Assembly: GCA_963514005.1 (NCBI GenBank)
Contig: OY740806.1
Location: 23,374,001-23,438,000, forward strand
Direction: 5' to 3'
Source: Raja brachyura
Taxonomy: Eukaryota
DNA: 64,000 nucleotides
Shown here: positions 36,301 to 51,300 of the stretch, one piece after another
Layout: each line of letters opens with the position of its first letter
How positions within the stretch are numbered: position 1 is the first letter of the stretch
Translations under genes and position numbers: made by a program
The notes under the pieces: model-generated
The model's input: only the letters and a program-made list of their open reading frames with translations
Databases searched by the model: none
What the model was told of the DNA's origin: nothing

Positions 36301-39300
36301 GTGGAGAACGCCATATTTTAAATTGTATTTGATTAATTAACATTCAGTAACATGACACAATGCAGGTGAAATACTTACTCAGTGGCTGGCGGCTCAGGGG
36401 CCACATGATGGCTCGGTGCTTTTATCGATCCTGATGTCTGTGTGATTAAATACTGCCATCTGTAAATGTAACGGGGAAAGATCAGTGAGAAATGGCTTTC
36501 AAAACCCCACTTCAGACTCGGCCTTAAATTACTGATTTCAATGGCACAGGAAGAGACAATTCTGCTATAATTGTTCCCATCTCCTGTCCATTTTAATGTT
36601 TTTTCAAACGTTAAAATATTTATGTTAAATGGGGCTGGCAATTCAGTCCAAAAGTCTAACAATGATATAACAGAGGACATGGAACAGTATAACACAGGGA
36701 TGAGACCAACAGCTACCAATGTGTGTGTCTGTCATTTATAACAAACTGCACATTTGCATGCATGTGGTCTATATCCATCAATTCCCTGTCTATTCAGGTG
36801 TCTGTCTAAATACCTCTTAAAATAGTTTCAACTTGTAATGCATCAATTCAAAAATGATTTGTGGACAGCATTACGTTTAGATTTTAGCAAAACCGGTCAA
36901 GAGAGCGCAAAAGCGCTTCAACTCCCCCTCCCATTCCGAAGCTGACCTTTCTGTCCTGGGCCTCCTCCACGGCCAGAGTGAAGCCCACCGTAAATTGGAG
37001 GAGCAGCACCTCATATTTTGCTTGGGTAGTTTACACCCCAGCGGTATGAACATTGACTTTTGTCCCTGCTTTCTCCTTCTTTCCCCTCCCCAGCTCTCCC
37101 ACAGCCCACTGTCTTTGCCTCTTCCTTTCTTCTTCCCGCCCCCCCGCCCCCACCCCCACATCAGTCTGAAGAAGGGTCTCGACCTGAAACGTCGCCCATT
37201 TCCTTTGCTCCATAGATGCTGCCTCACCCGCTGAGTTTCTCCAGCATTGTCTACTCTCGAAACTTATACTCATATAAAAATTATGCCCATTCTCTCCTTT
37301 TAATGTTTTACAATTTAGTGCATTCTATTTATCAAATCCTTCACCTCTCCAATGATCTCAAAGGACAATGGGGACCTGGCGTGGGGGAACCGCTGGGGGT
37401 GCGGGGACAAAAGGAGGAACCGGTGTGCTTTGTCAGCGCCAGTGGCTGCAATTTGTATACGTTGTGGATGCAAGCCACAAAAGAATTTCACTGTGCCTCG
37501 ACACACGTGACAAATGTGACATTAAAGTATTCCTATTCCCATCTCTTCTCTACTGTTTGACATGCTGTAATCCTTATTTTAAAACCAGAAAATTAATTCC
37601 GTTTTCACACCACACCTTCTCAAGTGTAACTGAGGTCAGGTAAAAGATGGAAGTAATGAAGGAAGAAGCTCGATAACCGTGTTATGGAGCTGCCATTTCA
37701 GTCGAGTCCTCTCGAAAAAATTGTAACCAAGAATCTTCACACCTCATTCTGATCTGGTGTCTGGCACATCTCCACTATTGCAATTCAATGGCAATTTTGC
37801 CTCCAGCCCATTACTTTTAACTGAATACTCTGTGGGCTTGCATAAAATTCAAACATCCCTTGGCTGTTTCAGTCTTAATCTCACCTTTCAGGGCACGAAA
37901 ACCAGTGATTAGGAGAACTGTTCTTTTTACAAAGCAAATTGTTATCTGCTTGCAGAATGGTGAAAGGAGATCCAATTAGGGACTTTCAAAAAGGATTTAT
38001 ACGAAGGGGAAAAATTGCAGGGTTCTCAGAATGGGGACCGGTACTAACAGGACCCCTGTTTCAAAGAGATAACAGACGTACAATTGATGGACTGGTCATC
38101 CGCATTTTATGATTCAGTAACAACAGCTTAAGATTTTTTTCATTTTACTTTCCCACACTTCATTCTCATTACATTCGTACTCTTTTGCATCATGATTTTG
38201 ATTTAAACCCCGTCCCATGCACTCATTAGGCTTTTAAAAAAAGACACAAAGTGCTGGAGTAACTAGGGCGGCCCAGCAGTAGTGTTGCTGCCTTAGAACG
38301 CCAGAGACCCAGGTTAGATCCTGACTAGGGGTGCTGTCTACGTTGTACGTTCTCCCTGTGATTTGCGTGGATTTTCTCTGCTTTCCTCCCACACTCCAAA
38401 GGCGTACAGGTTTGTAGGTTAATTGGATTGGTAGAATTGTAAATTGTCCCCAGTGGGTGCAGGATAGAGTGCGGTGATCACTGGTCGGGGTGGACTCGGT
38501 GCGCTGTATCTCTAAACTAAACTCAGCAGGTCAGGCAGCACCTCTGGTGAACATGGATAGATAATGTTTCAGGTCGGGACCCTTCTTCAGATCACCCCAA
38601 AGGTCACCTTTCCAAATTTTCAAGAGACGCGGCCTGACCTGTTGAGTTATTTCAACACCGTCTTATTTTTGAAAACCAGCATCTGCAGTTCCTTGTTTCT
38701 ACACAAGGAGTAGTTAGTCACAAATCCTTTCTTCTGCATGGTTACTGAGCTTCCCCTTTCAACTTTTCCTGACCTCACTTAAAGTTCCATTCCATCAAGC
38801 ACCCTAAACTGGCTTCTAAGTCACAGGGATCTCAATCCTTCCCTCTTACATGCCTCCAGTCAGGCTTCCAGCTCTAAATTGTTTTCAAACTTGGAGTAAT
38901 CGGTAGCAAGGTAGCAAGGAAGGCAATGCTAGCATTTATTTCACTAGTGGAAACATCTTCACAGATTTCACTATTTGGTAAGTCTTGATGAGGTCCCCCA
39001 TCATCCTTCTAAATTCAGTGAGTACAGGCCCAGCGCTGTCAATTATATGGCTGGGCCTGTACTCACATGAATTTAGAAGGATGATGGGGGACCTCATCGA
39101 GACTTATCGAATAGTGAAATCTGTTTCCACTAGTGGCAGAGTCTAGGACCAGAGGTCATAGCCTCAGAATTAAAGGACGTTCCTTTAAGGAGATCAGGAA
39201 TTTTTTTTAGTCAGGGGGTGGTGAACCTGTGGAATTCTTTACCACAGATGGCTGTGGAGGTCAAGGTAATGGATATTTTTTAAAGTCAGAGATAGATTGA

Positions 39301-42300
39301 TTCTTGATTAGTATGGGTGTCAGAGGTTATGGGGAGAAGGCAGGAGAATGGGGATAGGAGGTAGAGATAATCAGCCATGCTTGAATGGTGGCAGACTTGA
39401 TGGGCCGAATGGCCTGATTCTGCTCCTGTCACATGACCATATGAATCCTGAAGTTACTGTTATTGAGATATGTATACAATTATGGATACTCCCTACAAAT
39501 CACAATTCTGCACTTTCATTGCAAATTCCCCCCTATCTGCCCGGTCAACAAATCTGTTACCAAAAAAAAAAATGTAATCCCACAATCTCAGGTTTCCAAC
39601 TATATTACATGGACCTACGTTTTCCGTTCAGACACTGTCTGCGCCACCAGCTCGTAGATCTGTGCACCATCAGCTGACATTGAGATGACGAAGAAAGCTT
39701 TGTTATCTGAAAATGGCAAAACTTGATCATTAGTGAACAAACAGGAGTTCTAAATATTCCACAGTTCACTATGGGTTTCGAAACTTTGCCTATTTCCTTC
39801 GCTCCATAGATGCTGCTGCACCCGCTGAGTTTCTCCAGCACTTTTGTCTACCTTCACTATATCTATTTCCTAGTAGCAAAAATCTGAACCTTACACTCCT
39901 ATGCCCTAACACATTCAGCTGCTTATGCCTGCTCAGCATTCAATTTATCAAGGCTGATCCATATACAAATTAGATCTATCTACCCGTCTCCATTATCTTA
40001 AATACCAGCATTTAACCAACGTTCTGGCAATTTCAAACCCCCAGGCCTAGTAGCTGTTCAAGGGATAGAAATCCAGATTTCTATTAGCCTTTGTATCAAG
40101 TGGTTGCTCACATCAGCAGAGCAGATCTGGTTGTCCCTTGTTGTGGGCAACAACAACTGCTGTGAGTTGCTCCCCACAACCCAAAAAATGAAATAATTTC
40201 TGTTTACCAGATCAAATCCTTTAACTGTAAACCCCATAATCAGATTAGCCTTTAATCTTCAACACTTACAAGAATACTAGTGTAGTCTCGCAATCAGAAT
40301 GAGAAAAGGCGTTCCATGGTGACATTTGGATGACAGCATGCGGCCAAGATATGACACCACTCGGGCAGTGCTGAATGACTAACATCCACAAAGATATTGC
40401 ACTCTCAGATGCATTGCTTCTGGCAACCCTTTTCATCTCCTCATCCTTGACTTGTAATTTGTAATTTATTTCCACCCTGTACCAGCCTATTGCTATTCTG
40501 GAAGCAACTAACCTGTTGCAACTTCTCGCACAAGCACAGCAGAGAGTTTGATGATGGGGCTGAAGGTGTGTTTGGTGTCAGCATTGGCAGCAAGATTCTT
40601 ACTGTGACACTTCAACACCAACCGTTCATCCTGCTTCTGAGATAGAACCAAGATGTCTTCCAACAGAAGTGTGTAGAGATCTATGTAGATAAGAAAGGGC
40701 AGATAGAGTAAGTATCCATAACGCAGTGCACATTGTGAACTACCCGACTGCTTTGTGTGAATTATAAAATTATTGCAAAATGTAAAGTTTCTCAGGAAGC
40801 TAATTTCCATGTGTTTCTAGGTGGGAGTAAAGGTTAGATTCCATGCTGAAGCAGCTTCCCAGCATTTAAATGCAAACTGGTAAATCTAGTTCAACGTCAA
40901 AATTCACCTTGGAAAATGGACAGTGCCCAGGACCACTGTTTAATAACATTGCAAAGCAGGAAACACGATGCACAAACCAATACCAAGGGAATGTTTGTGG
41001 AAAAATCAGTTTTGTTCTGATGCTATGGTCAGTAGAGTGATTCAACGCAGGCCAACTGCTTTGTGAAATGCCCAGGATCACATCTTAAAGGTGAACTCTG
41101 AACAGAGCGTGGTGGAAGCCCTGCCAAAGTTTTCCTAACAACTTATAGTTCCAGTGAGCACTGAACACAGCATCCGACAAACTATGGCTGTTCATCCGTT
41201 CACATTGATCCACTTACCATTCTCATTAAAAATCATTAAAGAAGCACACCCCTGTATTGTGCAAGGGTTGTATTGGAAGGAACTGCAGATGCTGATTTAC
41301 ACGAAAGATGGACACAAAATGCTGGAGGAACTCAGCGGGAGAGGCAGCATCTCAAGTGAGAGGGTCTCGACCCGAAACGTCACCCTATTCCATCTCTCCA
41401 GAGATGCTGCCTGTCTCGCTGACTTACTCCAGCATTTTGTGTCTGTGGAGGGGTTGCCTTCCTGCGAAAATGTTTGCATCCGCTATCTTTAAGAGCCCTA
41501 TCTAGCTCTCCCTTGAAGGTGTCCAGAGAACCGGCTTCCACCGCCCTCCGAGGCAGAGAATTCCACACTCACAACTCTCTGTGTGGAAAAAGTGTTTCCT
41601 CGTCTCCATTCTAAATGGCTTACCCCTTATTCTCCTACAACATCAATGACCAAATACAAGAAAATAAACAACCAGTATCACTAGTACTAGACAGCCAGGA
41701 TTTCCTGCACTGCAGAGAGCTTCCAGTTGTTAGATATTTCTACTACTGCAAAAATAAGAACCAGTACTATGAATCGCAGGCAATAATCAAATTTATAAAT
41801 AGCCTAGATACAAACGCCTGCATCAACACAAGAGAATAAGTAATCCCATCTGCTGATACCCAAGAAAGACTCACCTAATACAAATATCCAAAGGACTGAA
41901 ATTCATAAAAGAATAATCCAAACACTAAATTCCATTTAAAAATACAAGAACTAGAACTGATAAGTATGTACCCAACAGATAAGATCCTGAGCTGTGACCA
42001 CCCTCCTCCGAAACAAGAATCCTATACATTATAACAGAGGCACGACTCCTTTTCTGTAAATACTGAACAGATGGAACCCCACACTGAACTACCCAAGATA
42101 ATGAAAACACACAAATACAAAGTTAAGGTCCAGCAACATATTACTCTAAACACACAAATACTGTACAGTAAGTATAAAAGTCAGAAACTTCCACTACCAA
42201 TTGATGGAGTAGGAACATTCATAAATACCTGAAACCACAAACATCGCAAAGAGATATTTGTCTGACAGAAATAATGCAGTATTCTAGTTTACAACATGGC

Positions 42301-45300
42301 AGCAAAATAAAGGTAATAAGAATCATTTTTCACTTGGCATCTGAATAGTTTCCAAAAGCCATTCTGGTGTCTGGGGTGTAGTGATCAGGAAACAATGTCC
42401 AATACAAACGTCCAGCAGTATACGGATGTGAGATTTCTGTCCTATTTTTCAAATAAAATTGATTTCCATCTTCAAAAGCTGCACTTGCCACCATGTTCGG
42501 AGGGAGCTTTTTACTCACCGATTGTCTTATCTTTATTCACCCGCCAAGTCAGAGGCCCTTCATGAATCATGATCCGTTTTGTAAGGTCCAGACTCTTAAA
42601 TAGGGAGATACAGAAAAAAAACAAATTGTGCTAAATGCAAAAATGGGTTTCTGCAATGTATTATTAATCATTTCTCATCTAAAGTTTAATAATGCCGGCC
42701 TTTTGATATTTTTCCCATTAAATAACTCACCCGGAACTCCTCAATCAGTGGATAATCTGACTGCTTCAGGCCAGACAGGTCCAGGCGGCGCTGATAATCT
42801 TCCAACCGCTGACATAAGGAAAGAACCCATTAACTTTGACAAGAAAATACTGGGCAAATCACAGAACAGAAAGCATTTTGACTGGCTGATGACCCCAACT
42901 CTTACCATTGATATTTCAATGATAGCTTTTGGCTCGTGATAAGCATGAAGCTTTATGAAGCTCACATTACCACAGCATTTCCCTTTGGTTCTGGGACCAA
43001 TTGCCTAACTCAGTTACCCCACTCTCAATGCATACTGTTTCAGGCATATCCAAATAATCCAGTCATAAAACAGGTGGAGGTCGGTGGGCAGAGAATGTGA
43101 TTTGAAATAAGTTAATGGAGGCAAATTAGCACGAAAAAAACCCAAAACATTTTGTATGAGGAAATACTGTTCACTGTCTTGGACATAACAAGCCTTGGTT
43201 ATTTTTCTTTCCAATCCCTTAACCTGTCTGAGTGAATGTTGATGCCAGTCAATGAAAACCAAGGGCTGATACTGATGCAAAGTCATAACAAATAGTGGCA
43301 ATGAATAGGAAAGAGGCAGCTGGAATCATCCAACATCACTGCACTATTTGTGCCTGTCATAAAATCCAAAAAATATATACTTTAAATAATATATGGGATT
43401 GATACCAAGAACTTTTCATATATATTGTAAAGTAAAGAATAAAGTATTTACAAGAGTAAAGAAAGGGATGTACATACTGTGTAAACATTCAACAAACACA
43501 AAATCAACCATGTTTAAAAGGCAAGGATCAATGCCGAGACTTCCCCACTCAAACGAACATATCTGCGCGGCATGGTAGGGGTTCATGCAGAGAGTCCTCA
43601 CCAACACTCACCTGCTTATTCTCAGCTTCCTTCACAGCCTGGTTCACAAAGTTCAGGATCTGACGGCAGCATTCCGCTGCCTGTTTTACCTTTTTCTTCT
43701 CTTCGTGCTGTTCTGGATCTAAGAACAAGACCAATTGTCACTTTAAAGAAAATCGGTTAATCTCTCTCCAGAGAAAACCGTGCAAACTTCATGAAAGCAC
43801 TTGTAAAATGAAATATTAAGCCTTTTTTTGGCAATATGGTTTATTTATGTGCAATTATTGGAGGATCTTTTATCAAACGCAGCAAAACTAGAAGAGGTTC
43901 TTTAGTTTAGAGATACAGCGCGGAAACAGACCCTTCAGCCCACCGAGTCCCCACCGACCAGCGATCCTCGCACATTAACACGTGCCTACACACACTCGGG
44001 ACAATTTGCACTTGTACCAAGCCAACAAACTTACTAACGTCTTTGGAATTGGGGAGGATACCGAAGATTTTGGAGAAAACCCACGCGGTCACGGGGAGAA
44101 TGTGCAATCCTTCGTACAGACAAGCGCCCGTTAGTAGTGCTTCCCACATATGTCATCCTCTAATGCTCACAGCATATATACCGCGAAGCGCGGGGACGTG
44201 TTGAAACACAATTACATAGTTATCGTCCAGAGACCCGCCCACTGCCATCTCCTGTGTTCACATGTGTAACCTGGTAGTTCTATTTTAATTATCCCCATGC
44301 AGCTGACTCTAGACTGGACATACCTGTATTTTTAGCGATGTTCTCCAGGAGAAGTGGGTATTTGGTCAGGCGCTGCATTTCGGTTGGGATGATGTCTTTA
44401 AGTTGCAGCCTCCGGCATTGTGGATTACTCTGCGCCTCCTGCAAAATATCACCTTGTAACTAAGATAATCCGCTTAATGTGGCACATCTGCTTCTCCAAC
44501 CATGTGAAACATCACCAATGCCTTCTGCACTCGTCTCCAATTCCATCTACATTTGGAATTGCTTCCCGTTTGCTTGAAAATTACATTCATGAGCATAAAT
44601 AACACCCAGAATAGATCTCCCCATCTGTCTGTGCACATTCACTATGCAGTTTATGCTCTTGTATAGATCAGACTTTCTGTCCAGAAGCATTTGCAAGGAG
44701 CTTCAGCAACCACGCGCCATGATAATACCTCTCACCCCCAATGGAATGCCTGTGGGACAGAGGGCAATAAGAGATGTGGAGAAAACAGGTGAAATGAAGA
44801 AAGGGGGGAAGATGATGGGACAGCATAGAGGAAGCTGTATACTGTTGCTAACCCATAGTGTACTTAGTGGCACAGTGGCTTTGCAGCTAGTGCTGCTGCC
44901 TCATAGCTCCAAAGGCTGGGGTTGATTGTGATCTTGGGTGCTGTGTGGTCTCCCTGTGGATATCCAGCAGTTATCCAGTTTCCTCTTTCATCTCAAAGTT
45001 GTGGTGGTAAATGCACTAGCTGCTATAAATGTTCCATTTATCTATGTGAAGGGATAAAGAATGAACGGGGAGTAGATAACAATACAAGGGAGAAGATATG
45101 TAGCAAGATATGGAGACGGTAAATGGACCAGTGGAGGTATCTGCTGGGAATTGAGAATCAAGATGAACCTAATGTGCCGAAGCTCCCAAGTATGCTCCAA
45201 GATGTTAGAAGGTGATAGAATAAAGCTTCCATTAAAATTCACCTAACCCAGATGATGATTCCTGCTCCATGTGCATTTGAAGGGAACATGTAAGGGTACT

Positions 45301-48300
45301 TTACTTTCAAGAGCAGGAACCATGTGGGTTGGGTGCATGTCATGCACGTTAGCACTCCATAATGCAACTCATTAACAACTTTCTTGGTTATTCATGTGTA
45401 AGTTTGAAGCATGCAATAGCTTGGAGGCAATTCAAGACTTGGGAGAGTTATCTCACCTGAATGATTGCCTGGAATCTTGAATCTTTCTTCTGCTTTGACT
45501 TGATTAGTTCCAAAGCGAAGGGTTGATTACTGCAGAAAGTGGCTGCAGCTCGTTTAAACTTCTCCTCTTCAGAACAGCTGAACTGAGAAATTAAATAAGA
45601 ATTACTAAGACAGGAGCATCTGCAAGGAACACACACACTACATCTAGTCACTGGACAGGAGAGAGAAGAGTATAAAAATAAATCTTCCATTAGATAGAAG
45701 TATCAACACATCAATTCCATTGGAATTCTGGTGTTGGTATTAATGTATTATTGTCAAGAGATACCATGGAAAACTGTTTCTATGCTACACAGTCAAATCA
45801 TACCACACGCGTACAATCAAGTCATACACAAATATAAGAGTGCAAAGAGAAACACACCAGAGTGAAGATTAGAGTGCTACAGCATCATAGCAATACAGCT
45901 AGCAAAGTACAGACAAAAAAAAAGTGTGATCACCACAATGAGGTAGGTTGGGAGATTGATAATAGGTGCAGGAGTAGGCCATTCGAGCCAGCACCACCAT
46001 TCAATGTGATCATGGCTGATCATCCCCCATCAGTACCCCGTTCCTGCCGTCTTCCCATATCTCCTGACTTCGCTATTTTTAAGAGCCCTATCTAGCTCTC
46101 TCGTGAAAGCATACAGAGAACCTGCCTCCACCTGGGCAGAGAATTCCACAGAGTCACTGCTCTCTGTGAGAAAAAGTGTTTCCTCTTATCTGTTCTAAAT
46201 GACTTACTCCTTATTCTTAAACTGTGGCCCCTGGTTCTGGACTCCTCCAACATCGGCAACATGTTTCCTGCCTCTAGCGTGTCCAAACCCTTAACAATCT
46301 TATGTTTCAATGAGATCCCCTCTCATCCTTCTAATCTCCAGAATGTACAAGCCCAGCTGCTCCATTCTCTCAGCATATGACAGTCCCGCCATCGCGGGAA
46401 TTAACCTCGTAAACCTACGCTGCACTCCCTCAATAGCAAAAATGTCCTTTCTCAAATTAGGGGACCAAAACAGTACACAATACTCCAGGTGTGGTCTCAC
46501 TAGGGCGCTGACCAACAGCAGAAGGACCTGTTTGCTCCTATATTCGATTCCTCTTGTTATAAAGGCCAACATGCCATTCGCTTTCTTAGACTACACTAAA
46601 TTGAGACTACACTCTTATCTTTTGAGAGGACCCTTCAATAGTGATGGACTGGATTACATCTAATTCTCTACATCTTGCGGTCTCGGTCAGAGCCATCACT
46701 AAATTAAGCTGTGGCGCATCCGAATAGGATACTTTCTACGGGGGCGTCTGTAGAAGTTGGCAAGAGTTGCTGGCAACATGCCAAACTTTCTTAGTCGTCT
46801 GAGAAGGAAGAGGGGCTGCTTTGCTTTCTTGGATGTAATTTCAATGTAGTTGGACCAGGACAAATTGTTGGTGACATTTAAACCTAGGAACTTGATGGAA
46901 ATGACAAGGAAGGCATGGAGTGATCATCATGTGCTCTAGCCATAACCTTTCCAATGCCACTGCAGTCCATTCAGAGTCGGAGATCTTGGTGCACAATAAT
47001 GAAGGAAAAGGAATCAATGTCCAAGGCAGGATGCCGTCATATTTGGCATCCTGTAGATTGTAGCTGCTGAAACTACACTGAATCTGTTGAGTGGATGCCA
47101 GGTTCAACAGCAAAATTATCTAAATACTTTGCTCTGGATGGTACCTCTGTGCTTGTCTAGGGGAGTGCGTTTCATTACGGTTCTGATTTAAGCTGTACCA
47201 GCTGCTCTACTGTGTCACCCTTGAAACCCAAGTTCTTAATATCTTGTCACAGGAAGGTCTTTATAATCCCAGTTACCTCAATAAATCTAATTTGAATGAA
47301 TGTGCATTAATTTCCAGCAGTAATGCTGCAGGATGTTTGCCTATACTAACAGCCCTGGCACAGGGGAACGTTCTAGTCATCACTATTCATATACAATTTA
47401 TTCATGGACACTCACCCAGCTCAACAAGTCTTCGCCGATCTGATCAACCACAAAGTTATCATTTCTTTTCCAGACTTTCCTCATCTGTTCATTTAATGAA
47501 ACTGGAAATAAAAAGAAAATTTAACTTTAGAATCATTTCATTTCATTATCACTCCATATTAAATAGATCCAGGGCTGTAGATCGTGGAATCATAATGCAG
47601 TCCAACAGAGGGTATTCCATTCAGCCCATTATCCCAATGTAATCATGCTCTTTGCAAGAGCTACCATCTAGTTTCATTCTTCCTGGCTATTTTCTTTTCA
47701 AATATATATTTTTTTCAGTTCTTCTTTTAAAAGGTATTATTAAATCTGTCTCCACCATTAGGCAGTGCATTTCAGATCATAAATGCTCTGTATAAAATAA
47801 ATTATCCTGGTCTCCTCATATTTTGGGGAAATTGCCATAAATCTGTCTCCATTGATTATTGACTCCATCTCTTGAGCTTCTCCTTAGTTTAATAAATCTG
47901 TTGTGACCGTTTCAAGAAAAATGTCGCATTAATCTTCTCTGCGATAAGGAGATCAATTCTAGTTTTTCCATTACTCACTGCAAAGTTCACATCCTTATCC
48001 TCGACTATCATCAGCAATAATGCTTTCCATTGCACAACTGGCCGAGAGATGAGTTTCTTTGTCTCAGTTACCACTGTGCACTTTCCTAATATTTGGGCTC
48101 CTGCCCAACCAGTTGTAGCTGCAGGGCCTCACACAGCTTATACTGGACTCTTACTGAAATACAAAGATGTTTTCATTACCAATAACTACAATAGTTGTTG
48201 AGAGCACCTGAATAATGGTGGCCTGGTCAACATTCACTTCAACCTTTAATTGCCCCTTGATGTGAGAGACATGCTGGGGCAATTTAGAGGGCATTTAAAA

Positions 48301-51300
48301 GGATGGGCCTGGAGATGCATTTGACCAAACTAGATAACAATGGCAGATTTCCTACCGTGGAAGACATTATTAAATCTGGAAGCTTCAGAACATCATTATT
48401 AAGTCTGGCTTTTTACTTTCATATTCGCGTGATTATAACTGTCTTGTTGGGGAAAGCCCATCTTAATAGTCCAGAGCTTTGAATAGTCATCCGGTAACTT
48501 AAATAATAGAGCCATCTGTACAATCAATCCCCCCACTTTCACAGCTATGTCAACATTTACCATGAAGCTGCAGGATTTCCTCGACGTTGGAGAATATGTT
48601 TTTCACATCAGTTGTGGGTATGCTGCCATCTCTCATCATCTTCTGGTAAAAGATCACATCTAGAACCTTCAGCATTCGGATGTGAGCACGTTCCGTATGG
48701 AAAAGCTCTGCACAAGATAATCAGAGAACAAGACACACAAAGCTATAACTAATGAGAAACACTGAAGATTAGAGTCAGTACTCATGGTAAACTTCCACAT
48801 ACGGATTTGCCAAATCTGAACTAAAAATGAACAAATCACTTGCCAAAAGTCAATACTCATGATGCCTCTCGGTGTGAAGGCCATAATCCTCTGCATCGTC
48901 CCCATGTGTGGCTTACCTTAATAGGCCCCTAGATTTGCTGACATCTCAACACCAGTCCCACCACCTCATCCCCCAGTTCACATCCTCACTGAGATTGCTC
49001 AGAACTTTTCATTCTTCCCAGGATCCTCAAGATATTCCCCATTTTCCCTGGAATCCTCCAAACACTTCCTATTGTTCCATGAATTTCCTGTCATTTAGCA
49101 ATCTCAAATACATCTAACATTCCACTGAATTCACTTCCATACACATCCCACCAGTCCCTGGCACTGTCTCACTCCCCAAAAGCCCTACCAATACTGTTTG
49201 TCCCCAAACCAGACGGTCCTCCCTAGCCATAATGATCCTAACCCTTCACCAACTCTTGCCTTACCGTTAATAACTTCCTGCCTCTTGATCTCGTGTGGTT
49301 TCAAGCCAGACAGGACATCCCGACTAACCAGCTGCTGCCAATTGGCTGGGTCCTGCTCCACATCCGACAAGTGCATTTGATCGTCCTCTGTCTGGCTCAG
49401 GGAGTGAGAACCAGCCTCGGTCCATGCTCCATACCCATGCCCATCCCCTCTAGGAAACAAGATCACAAATATTACTGCATGTTGATGACCAAAGAATACA
49501 ATAACTCTACGTAGGCCCTCGCACCAATCCCACCACCTCATCCCCAGAATCCACATCTTCACTGAGATTGCCCAGAAGATTGCAGGGCCAGGAGAATAAA
49601 CAAATGGGACTAATTAAGTAGGCTTTTCAACAGAACCACAACAATATTGGGCAGAATGGCTTCCAATTCATTTTATGATGTACAGGAGATACCATTTGGC
49701 CCAATATACTTGCAGTGCCAGCAGAGAGAGATCAAACACCTCACCCATTGTTTCTGCAACTTGACAGAAAGAACTTGGGAAATCCGATTGGCTACGAATT
49801 TACAATACTGCATTTATAATCGTGGAGCAATATCACAGGAGAAACCCTAATTAAAACAATGTACATTGTGCAAATGAGGGTTATGTTCATTCTTTGAAAC
49901 TAATCCCTAGAGTACTGGTGGGAATTAAGTTGTTGTTTCACCATTTCATAGTTGTAGCCATCTATACCTCAATGTTATGCAGTGACATATCAGTACGTAC
50001 CAGTGCTGTATTTTAGTGATATATTCATAGACTGATGTTCAACGGTATTGCTTCTCAGTGAAACCCCAGGACCCAGTAGAATAGTAACTCGCTATTATGG
50101 TGCCAGATTTGCACTAGAATAGTTATTCACCAGTATTGGAGCACAGCGTATGCAGTGACAGATCAGCAACTACCATTACTACATCTGACATCAATAATGA
50201 CACATTAGTTACCATGGTATTACAAAATGGCCAGGACCCACCAGTTCTGTATCTTTGCTTTGTGTAGCTTACAGACTGTGACCAAGCCCTTGTCCTCAAC
50301 ATTATTCAAACCAGTTGAAAGGAGAATGCGAGAAAAGTAAATATCTGAAGAGGGGCTAGTTTCACCATTTCTCTACTGCTGTAGACATTATATTAGTAGA
50401 TCCATGTTCACAAACATCTTTACATAACTCGTTCTTAGCAAAACCCAGATTTAATGGGAACTCACCGGCGACCTGGTTTAGGAGTACATGGGGGTGTAGA
50501 AATCTCGAGACTTCTGAAAGACAACAGCAGATTAGACAGCAGGAACACAAATACCATCATGCAATTACCCGCAACCTTTGCCACTTAATGCAAAGCGATC
50601 AGCATACAACTACACTCTCCGACTGAACCCCTCTAAACACAATGAGAAGTGGTTCCCGGTGAGATATACAAGCCATCAGATCCTTCGAGTCCTGACCCAG
50701 TTGATCAGGTGTGCTTCACTCTGCAGCTATTTTGCTAAACTGATTCCAGAATTACTCACTTCTCTGACTCTCGGTCCTCCTCCATCACCTGATCGAGGGT
50801 GGATAGAAGCTCGAAGGCTGACTTTGGTGTAGAAGTGCTGGAATCCCCAATGAATAAGTTGTCTGCTAACATCTTCGATGTCGCAGGTGTTGCAGGAGCA
50901 GAATCTGAGGAGGATAGAGGCAATTAGAGAGAAAGAATCATGCATACATTCCGAGAACATTCTGTTCCCATTCCCCATCATTTCTCACACTCATTTTTTA
51001 ATGTTGACATGCTCTGTTTCAATCACACCCGTGAAAGGGGAGAAACAGTGGTGCCGAGCAAGAGAGCAAAATGAATGAATGAATGAATAGCCTTTATTGT
51101 CATTCAGACCTATCGGTCTGAACGAAATTTCGTGCCTGCAGTCATACATATATAAAAATAACAAAACCACACAATAAACACAAAAATTAACATCCACCAC
51201 AGTGAGTTCACCAAACACCTCCTCACTGTGGTGGAAGGCAAAAGTCTTAGAGTCTCTGTCTTCTTCCCTCCTTAATCTCCCTCTGCGCTGAGGAGATCCA

